This document shows, one piece after another, positions 1 to 6,782 of a stretch of DNA of 17,338 nucleotides. Origin of the DNA: Planctomycetota bacterium (GTDB lineage: Bacteria > Planctomycetota > GCA-002687715 > DRQF01); contig JALTLO010000180.1 in assembly GCA_027001995.1 (NCBI GenBank), positions 13,817 through 31,154 of the forward strand. Direction: 5' to 3'. A program made the translations under genes and the position numbers. Position 1 is the first letter of the stretch, and every line of letters starts with the position of its first letter. Under the pieces are notes generated by a model. That model saw only the letters and a program-made list of their open reading frames with translations. It ran no database searches and had not been told where the DNA came from.

Positions 1-549
1 GGTGAGAGCTGATTCGTCTGCAACGTCTTTGTTCTCTAAGGCCTCATAGTCATCTTCTTCGGCTTCACCGGCCCTTCTTTTCTTCGATCTCATGAGCACC
101 ACGGAAGAGATGCTTCTATTGCCATGAGCAAGGGCCGTGGTCTCTTCGATATGATTGGCAAGAGAACGGCCGTGAACCCGCTCGAAGGCAATGTAGGCTA
201 TGCCTTCATGAGTACCCACCTCGTAGACTCGGGCAATTCCAGGATGATCGAGTTTTCCTGCAGCTTCGGCTTCTCTTTCGAATCGGAGCCGCGCGCTGCT
301 TGACATGTTGGTACTTGCCAGCAAGATTTTGAGGGCAACCAAACGATGAAGCCGGGTGTCCTCCGCAAGATAGACGTAGCCCTGACCTCCATGGCCTAGC
401 TCTTCGAGCAAACGGTAAGGACCAATTCTGCGGCCCTTGATCCCCATTTGGGCCAAATGAGGTTCACAGGCGACGGTTTCCTCTAAGTCCGGTGGTTCTC
501 CTGGCTCTGTCTTGTCTTGGTTGCCTTGGTTACTTTCTTCTGAACTCAT
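1..549 (-). CDS. Hanks-type serine/threonine protein kinase, N-terminal part (continues beyond the left edge of the window)
   Basis: Manual translation from ATG at 549, open to position 1: MSSEESNQ...IGPYRLLEELGHGGQGYVYLAEDTRLHRLVALKIL...RFEREAEAAGKLDHPGIARVYEVGTHEGIAYIAFERVHGRSL. It shows the Gly-rich loop, VAxK lysine, helix-C Glu and HPGI motif. Absent from the ORF track, presumably because it has no stop in the window. Confidence 0.95.
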   Translation of the reverse strand, partial: MSSEESNQGNQDKTEPGEPPDLEETVACEPHLAQMGIKGRRIGPYRLLEELGHGGQGYVYLAEDTRLHRLVALKILLASTNMSSSARLRFEREAEAAGKLDHPGIARVYEVGTHEGIAYIAFERVHGRSLANHIEETTALAHGNRSISSVVLMRSKKRRAGEAEEDDYEALENKDVADESALT

Positions 550-608
550 ACTCGTCCCGATTTCTGCGGTCCGCAGGCCTTATCAGCGAAACGGCCATTT
601 GAATCATT

Positions 609-2684
609 CTATTGAACCGTCACCGTGATAGCATTTGAAATGTAAGCTTGGGAGATGCCCAAGGTCGGACTAATAAGGGCGCATTGGAAAGTCCCTAAGC
701 CCAAGAGCCCTGGGGGAAAGCTGGGAACTATGAGGCTCACTCCTCCGGTTCCATTGGAGCTGGTAAAGAAGAATTGGTCGATGAATGAGCCCGTGCCCAT
801 GGCAGCGGAAAAACCGTCCGCCAAGATAGAAATTCCGTTTGGCAGGCCATTGATCGATAGGCCGCCTGATCCCGTGTCCATTTGGCCGATCCCCGGAAGG
901 GTAAGAGCTCCCACCAAGAGTGGACCATGCCAAACAACCACTGCTTGGTTGGGCAACCCTCCCCAGGTGATGTTCATGATCCCCCCAGGAGTGATTGTTG
1001 ATGTGTAGGGTCCATTAGCGCCAGTTTGGACAGTTCCTCCGAAAACACTGACGGCATTGTTTATGTCAAAGGTTGCAAGCCCCATTTGAGGCGCCTGGCC
1101 CAGCGTAGACGAGTCAATGAAAGAAACATCGTCAATCGCTACGTCATCGAAACTACCACCATTGTTATTGTTGATACGCCACTGGATTTTGACGAGGTCG
1201 GGGGCGAATGGGGTCAAATCAATGGTGGCAAGATGCCAATCGTTGTCTCCGTTGCCGGGCAACATCAGAACCGCATTTGTTGTAGTCCCATTGGAGACGT
1301 TGATCACGTCAACCGTGAGGATGTTGTCATCGGGGCCCCCAGGGTTGCTACGGCTGTGGTGAAAGAAACTTACCATGGGCGAACCAACAGCCCCCGAAGT
1401 GTCAAAGGCCGGGCTTCGCAGAAGGATATCACCGACGTCGTTTCCTGAGTCATCGATGAAGAGGTATTTCCCATTGGAATTTCCCAGAGTGTGGTCGTTG
1501 CTGGGGCCTTGGCCAGAAGGGGTCGGACCATTGTTGGCTCCCCACTCTGGGGCGAAGCTTCCAGACAATCCTGCCGTGTCGTCGATGACGTTCTCCCAAC
1601 CATCGGGCACATCGAAACGTTCGATCACGGGGAAAATCGAATTTGACACCAGACCTTCGAAGTCTTCGGCATAGCCGAAACAAACCGGCTGATTGACTAT
1701 GGGGCGGATGGAAACACTACAGGAGTCGTTACATGGCTCATCGTCGTTGACGGCTGAGACCTTTACCGACAGGACGTGGTTTCCGGGCGCAGACATGTCG
1801 ATGGTACCCACGGTCACGTAGACGAAGGTAGACAAGCTCGGAATTCTCGTTGCAGGTACTTCGAATTCTGTCAGCATCAAAACTCCGTCATAGAATACAT
1901 CGAATTGGAGCAATTCGCCGGGGAGAATGGGATCAGTGCCGTTGTTCTTCATCTTGGCCGAAACCGTTTCATTCGTGGACAGAGTCGGCACGAAACTAAA
2001 AGGATTCTGGGTAGAAGGGTCTGGCAAGATTGCTGCGATTGGGCCCCACTCTTGATCGCGAACCGGCGCTTGTTTGACAACGACGTTTTCGATCGCCACA
2101 GTTGCACTTTGGCTCCCACTCACAAAAACGAAACGAATGCGGGCATTGGGTGAGGTGCCCAAGAGGCTTCCTGCGTAGCGTTGAGTCAGAGTAAGACGCC
2201 CACGGTGTTTGCTTCCCTTGGGCGCCAAGCTGGCGAGCAAGGACCAGCTTGCCCCTCCGTTATTGGATACTTCTATGTTGAATTTACTTGTGGAGTTTTT
2301 TCGATAGTACAGGTAACTGAATTCCAAGCGTAGGCGAGAAGGGTTCGCGCCCAATAGGCTAAAGCTCTTTGAAGTCAAAGTGGCGGTGAAGTCAGCTCCT
2401 ACGTTGGGAGTGGCTGAAGATGTGACCATGGCGAAGGTGCCGCCATTTGTTGGGCTAATTTTGCTTTCACCATAAACGTTGAAACGCCACTTTGCGTTGC
2501 TGTTGGGATTTCCTCCGGCGACAGCCAATATCGAGCTCCATCCCGTGGGAGTCGTATTGCTGGCGAATTCTTCTGCAAGGAAGGTGGTCCCTGGAATGCA
2601 AATGCCTTGACCCTGTGCCCCTAAGGAAAGGATGAGAACAAACATGAAGGATGAGATGATTCGCTTTAAGGATGGCTTGGTCAT
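609..2684 (-). CDS. Secreted multidomain protein: signal peptide, N-terminal jelly-roll/adhesin-like domain, Ig/CARDB-like domain, MAM-like domain, Gly-rich C-terminal domain
   Basis: Start moved from 2951 to ATG 2684, which has a purine-rich AAAAGGTGG upstream and begins a signal peptide (MTKPSLKRIISSFMFVLILSLGAQG). MAM signature GPTPSGQGPSNDHTLGNSNGKYLFID...LRSP...DVAIDDVSF. The Ig-like segment runs KNNGT...PGNHVLSV...DDEPCND. 691 aa. Confidence 0.8.
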   Translation of the reverse strand: MTKPSLKRIISSFMFVLILSLGAQGQGICIPGTTFLAEEFASNTTPTGWSSILAVAGGNPNSNAKWRFNVYGESKISPTNGGTFAMVTSSATPNVGADFTATLTSKSFSLLGANPSRLRLEFSYLYYRKNSTSKFNIEVSNNGGASWSLLASLAPKGSKHRGRLTLTQRYAGSLLGTSPNARIRFVFVSGSQSATVAIENVVVKQAPVRDQEWGPIAAILPDPSTQNPFSFVPTLSTNETVSAKMKNNGTDPILPGELLQFDVFYDGVLMLTEFEVPATRIPSLSTFVYVTVGTIDMSAPGNHVLSVKVSAVNDDEPCNDSCSVSIRPIVNQPVCFGYAEDFEGLVSNSIFPVIERFDVPDGWENVIDDTAGLSGSFAPEWGANNGPTPSGQGPSNDHTLGNSNGKYLFIDDSGNDVGDILLRSPAFDTSGAVGSPMVSFFHHSRSNPGGPDDNILTVDVINVSNGTTTNAVLMLPGNGDNDWHLATIDLTPFAPDLVKIQWRINNNNGGSFDDVAIDDVSFIDSSTLGQAPQMGLATFDINNAVSVFGGTVQTGANGPYTSTITPGGIMNITWGGLPNQAVVVWHGPLLVGALTLPGIGQMDTGSGGLSINGLPNGISILADGFSAAMGTGSFIDQFFFTSSNGTGGVSLIVPSFPPGLLGLGTFQCALISPTLGISQAYISNAITVTVQ

Positions 2685-3118
2685 TGGGGGTCCACCTTTT
2701 CTTTCTTGCCTCAGTTGATGGGATACCAGCATCCGAGACGAGGTTGAGCGTCCCTGTTTCAGACAGGAGTGGCTCAACTTATGGATTGGTTTGTTCACGG
2801 CTTCTAAGAAATTGACCCTAGGGATGGAGTGTCCCACAGTCAACAACAACTGATAATTCTTGAAAGGGCTCTCAAGTCGTTTGCTCCCCATTCCGTGTAT
2901 GATCTGCATCGTGATTGTCTCACTATGGAAGCCCTTGATTATTGTCAGCAAAGGACGCGAAAGGCTGAGAACTCATGGGATCTCCGGTCATCGAGTTCCT
3001 CGTGGCAGAATTCTGTGACCCGTGAGGGCAACAGTGATCATCGATAACGTGTTAAGATCGTCCGTCGCATCTTTTTTTTGGCCTGAGATCGTGGTCTGAA
3101 AGTTCGTGGAGCTTTGAC

Positions 3119-4495
3119 TTGAAGATTGTTCACATTACCCATCAATTGCCCCCTGAAACCCATGGTGGTGTGGAATCCCATGTTTTGGCCCTCGGGGCAG
3201 CTCAAGTTGCCTTGGGGCACGACGTTCTCATTATCGCAGGAAGTCTCATGCCCTGGGATGAAGTGGGAGGGGAAGAGGAGAAGGTCCATGGGCTTGATGT
3301 GTTTCGCGTTCATCGTGATGATCTGTTCTTTGACGCCTGGGACCGTATGTTCAATCCCCGCATGGGTGATTTAATCGCCAAGAAGTTGATGGATTACCAA
3401 GCCGATGTTGTCCATGTGCATCATTGGATTCGACTGACTCACAATCTTCTGGAGCACATCCGTCAGTTTAGCGACCTTAAGTCTCCTATTTTCCTATCTC
3501 TTCATGATTTGGCCACGAGTTGTCCCCGGGGATTCCGCATGAACGTTGCGGGGGAACCTTGTTTCGTGGAGTTAAGCGAATCAAATTGTCTTCATTGTGC
3601 CCCTCGCTGGCCCTGGATGTTCGACGAAGAGACAAAGGAGGCCCTGCAAACTTTCGCTGCAACTTCTCGACGAGAACTGGAACTTTCTGCCGGAGCGATC
3701 TGTGCCTCCGAAGCTGTCAAGTCACTTCTCACGAGCGGACTCAATTCTCCTCATTTGGTTGACCGTATCCACGTCCTACCTTTTGGTCATGATCCTGTTT
3801 TTGCCTCTCCTATTCCCCCCTTAGAAGAGCCCGAAGTTGTCTTCCGCTTCGCCTATTGGGGTAGCATCACGGAAAGAAAAGGGGTGAAGCTTCTTGTGGC
3901 CGCCTTCAATGAGTTCATGAGCCAACGTCAGGGTGATGCCATGGCCGTGGAGCTTCATCTCTTTGGCAAGTGCGATTTGCCTGAGAGAGAAAAGAATTTG
4001 AAAGAAGCGGCCCAGGGCCAAGATGTCATCTTTCATGGTCGTTATGAATACGAGGACATCAAGGTAGCAAAGATCCACGCAGCGGTCTTTCCTAGCCTAT
4101 GCATTGAGACCTACGGTTTGGTTTTAGATGAGGCCTTCGAATTGGGACTCCCGGTCATCGTGGCCAACCAAGGGGCTTTTATGGAAAGGGCTGGTTCTGC
4201 TGGCAAGCTTTTCGAAGCAGGGAACGTGGGCAGCTTGGCCTGCGCACTGGGAGCTCTGGTCGACGATCCGAATTTATACGCCCAGCTTGTGGCCGCAGTG
4301 CCCGAAGAATTGCCGCGCTTTGATCAATTCGTTCAGCAGGTCATGGAGGTCTACCAAACGCCTCAGGAAACTCCCCCAGTTGAGGCTCCAGATATGGAGT
4401 CCGCCAATGCATTGCGCCGCCAATCACTTCGTATGGAAGCGATGTTTCGCAAGCTCATGGAAAAGGGAGAGGGCCAGGGATACGGGCCCCAGTAG
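3119..4495 (+). CDS. Glycosyltransferase family 4 (GT-B fold)
   Basis: TTG start with GGAG 7 nt upstream. Motifs: N-terminal MKIVHITHQLPPETHGGVESH, DVVHVHH, SLHD, GSITERKG, and the E-x7-E motif ETYGLVLDEAFELGLPVI. Confidence 0.93.
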   Translation: MKIVHITHQLPPETHGGVESHVLALGAAQVALGHDVLIIAGSLMPWDEVGGEEEKVHGLDVFRVHRDDLFFDAWDRMFNPRMGDLIAKKLMDYQADVVHVHHWIRLTHNLLEHIRQFSDLKSPIFLSLHDLATSCPRGFRMNVAGEPCFVELSESNCLHCAPRWPWMFDEETKEALQTFAATSRRELELSAGAICASEAVKSLLTSGLNSPHLVDRIHVLPFGHDPVFASPIPPLEEPEVVFRFAYWGSITERKGVKLLVAAFNEFMSQRQGDAMAVELHLFGKCDLPEREKNLKEAAQGQDVIFHGRYEYEDIKVAKIHAAVFPSLCIETYGLVLDEAFELGLPVIVANQGAFMERAGSAGKLFEAGNVGSLACALGALVDDPNLYAQLVAAVPEELPRFDQFVQQVMEVYQTPQETPPVEAPDMESANALRRQSLRMEAMFRKLMEKGEGQGYGPQ

Positions 4496-4508
4496 ATAGC
4501 CAAGCAAG

Positions 4509-4546
4509 AGGATCGGACAGGGGCGATACCCCATCCGATCCTTTTT
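4509..4546 (+). terminator. Rho-independent terminator between convergent genes
   Basis: AGGATCGGA (4509-4517) pairs with TCCGATCCT (4534-4542), with inner GGGG/CCCC and a T-run to 4546. It lies 13 nt after the GT stop and just downstream of the convergent ATPase stop. Confidence 0.8.
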
Positions 4547-4562
4547 ACTGAGAATTCCGTAA

Positions 4563-6782
4563 TTACTCAGCGTTGGCGTTGAGGCTCATAGATGCATCTG
4601 GATTAGCCATGGATTCGGCTCTCGCCGTGTCTAAGTCTAAGATCTTGTCGGTCCAGGATTCATAATTGCGATCACAAGTCACCAAGACAATTTGGTGATC
4701 GGTGAGCCCGTCCAGCATTTCTTTCGTGACATCCAGGCGTTCTTCGTCAAAATTGACGAATGGATCGTCGAGGAAGAAGGGCAAGGATACTTGCTTCGAA
4801 AGGTGCCTTGCTATGGCAACCCGCATGGCAAAGTAGAGCTGATCTTGAGTACCTTGGGATAAATCGTCCGGTTGGATATGCGTGTTGTCGTACTTCGTCA
4901 ACATGGGTTCCATATTGGGGGACAAAGTCACGCGGGTGTAACGATTGCTGGTGATACTTCGGAATAGCCCTGAAACTTCTTCTGAAAGTTTCGTCAGGTC
5001 TCCCTCTTGGAATTCTGTCACACATTCGTCAAGAGTATCAATCACGATTCGCAGGGCGTCCCGCTCATCTTCGAGTTTCTTAACTTGTCGATCATCGGAT
5101 GCCACAGATTCTTCGAGGGCCGGGAGATCATAGTCGGAGTCGGAGCTGGCTTGAGCTAAGTTGATCTTGGCATCAGTCAGAACCTCTCTTGTCACTTCGA
5201 TCTCTTCGGCTAGGTATTCAATGCGACGCTTGAGCTCTTCCATATTGCCAGCAATGGCCATTTTGTCTTCAGCCATAGCGCTCAGGAAAGGGGCGTCTTC
5301 CAAGACGATTTCCATAAGCCCATTGCACCGGAGATTCTCTTCGCCGGCTTTCTCGTAGGTGGCGTTGATCTCGCCTCCATCGCCTAAGATCTTCATACCC
5401 GAGATGCGCTCTCGGCGTTCTTCCAAGAGCCGGCGGTATTTGCGGTAGCGCTCCAGAATTTCATCTGGGTTGCCCCGGCCCAAGACACCATTGCTTTGGG
5501 CGATAAGGGCTTCAATCGCCCGATTACGCCGACTGATTTGGCCCATCCGCTCCTTGACAGAACCTTCCAGCTCTTCCTTACGTTCCCGGAATCCCGTCCC
5601 TAACATACGGCCACCGAAGAACAGTCCAATGCCTCCCACTGCCATCAAAGCGGCGCCGATAGCACCACCTAGATTTTGCATGGCCAAGGCTCCCACAGCA
5701 ATACCACCTAGTCCAAGGACTGCCCCGAGTTTGTTGTTGGGCTGAGGTTTGAGATGGCGCAAGAGGTCTTTGTCTCGAGATAAGAGCTGCTCCTCGGACT
5801 CCAGCTCTCCCGTCTCTGATTTGAGTTGAGTCACCAATTCGGGGAATGAATCCCCAACTTGAGTGAAGTTGGACAACTTCGACTTGATGATCTTGTCGAT
5901 TTCGAGAACACGCTTTTTCATACCTAAGTAGGTGTTGCGTCTTTTGTCGGCTTCGTCAAATCGGACCTTGGCTGCTTCTCGATCCTTGACCAATTTGCAG
6001 AACCGTTCAAAGTGGGTGAGGGTGGCTCGATCACTCACTAATTTGTCTTGGTTGTCCTTTTGTTTCGCTTCTAACTTCTTGACCTCTTGCTCCAGGGTCA
6101 TGGTGAGGAGGAAGTTTGTCCGGGCTTCTTCCAAACGGGCCAAGTTGGCAGCGACGCCAGACTTAAGCTTTTCTAAGCGACGGGGTTTGGCTTTGCTTTT
6201 TTGGCCCCATGGGTTCTCCATTGTGAGTTCGGAGAACTTGGCATGTAAGTCGTGAAGAACGCCTTTGAAGTCTGTGCTTGTGGACCCAGAGACGAGCTTG
6301 CGAATTTGATCCGTGATGGACGTTTGCAGGGCGCTTTGGCCAACAAAGACAGTTCCCCGGAAGACCGCTTCGTCTTGGAAGCCAACGGCACCTTCAAGAC
6401 GTTGGTAGAACTCAATGTCTTCGTCCGTATGGCCACGGGGATTCGCGCTTCCCAGAAACACAGATTCCCAAGTGCCATCAACTTTCTCTGAAATCTCAGC
6501 GGTATTGTCGGTGAAATCACGGCGGATGATGATGAAGCGGTTGTCGTCCGTTTGAATCTCGACTTCACCACCATAGGCATCATGCTTGTCCCAAGGTTCG
6601 AATTTGTTGGTCAGTGCCGCGTCCTTGAAACCAAAGAGAATGCCAAAAATGGCGCTCATGATGGTGGATTTGCCAGCTTCATTGCGACCAATCACTAAGC
6701 TGAGCCGTTCATCGCTGAAGTCGATTTCGATACCCTTATTGAAGCTACCGAATCCGTCGATTTTGAGGCGTTCAATTCTCAT
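4563..6782 (-). CDS. SbcC/Rad50-like SMC-family ATPase (YhaN/AAA_27-type)
   Basis: MRIERLKIDGFGSF start, Walker A GRNEAGKST, Q-loop FVGQ, long coiled coils, signature LSQGTQDQLY, Walker B/D-loop FFLDDPFVNFD. Its ATG overlaps the upstream stop (ATGA at 6779-6782). Confidence 0.92.
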   Translation of the reverse strand: MRIERLKIDGFGSFNKGIEIDFSDERLSLVIGRNEAGKSTIMSAIFGILFGFKDAALTNKFEPWDKHDAYGGEVEIQTDDNRFIIIRRDFTDNTAEISEKVDGTWESVFLGSANPRGHTDEDIEFYQRLEGAVGFQDEAVFRGTVFVGQSALQTSITDQIRKLVSGSTSTDFKGVLHDLHAKFSELTMENPWGQKSKAKPRRLEKLKSGVAANLARLEEARTNFLLTMTLEQEVKKLEAKQKDNQDKLVSDRATLTHFERFCKLVKDREAAKVRFDEADKRRNTYLGMKKRVLEIDKIIKSKLSNFTQVGDSFPELVTQLKSETGELESEEQLLSRDKDLLRHLKPQPNNKLGAVLGLGGIAVGALAMQNLGGAIGAALMAVGGIGLFFGGRMLGTGFRERKEELEGSVKERMGQISRRNRAIEALIAQSNGVLGRGNPDEILERYRKYRRLLEERRERISGMKILGDGGEINATYEKAGEENLRCNGLMEIVLEDAPFLSAMAEDKMAIAGNMEELKRRIEYLAEEIEVTREVLTDAKINLAQASSDSDYDLPALEESVASDDRQVKKLEDERDALRIVIDTLDECVTEFQEGDLTKLSEEVSGLFRSITSNRYTRVTLSPNMEPMLTKYDNTHIQPDDLSQGTQDQLYFAMRVAIARHLSKQVSLPFFLDDPFVNFDEERLDVTKEMLDGLTDHQIVLVTCDRNYESWTDKILDLDTARAESMANPDASMSLNANAE

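Noticed and set aside
198..392. 64-aa ORF in the track
   Set aside because: It is an alternative frame inside the clearly recognisable kinase gene (1-549).
2741..2780. c-di-GMP-I riboswitch resemblance (minus strand GAAA-CAGGGACGC)
   Set aside because: It lacks the upstream GGCAAA and downstream GCAAAGC/P3 elements, so it is kept only as an unassigned hairpin.
2685..2951. 89-aa N-terminal extension of the MAM protein
   Set aside because: It precedes an obvious signal peptide with its own RBS and looks non-coding and hairpin-rich.
2963..3000. TPP riboswitch resemblance (GCTGAGA)
   Set aside because: There is no downstream ACCTGA...GGGA core, and the adjacent genes are unrelated to thiamine.
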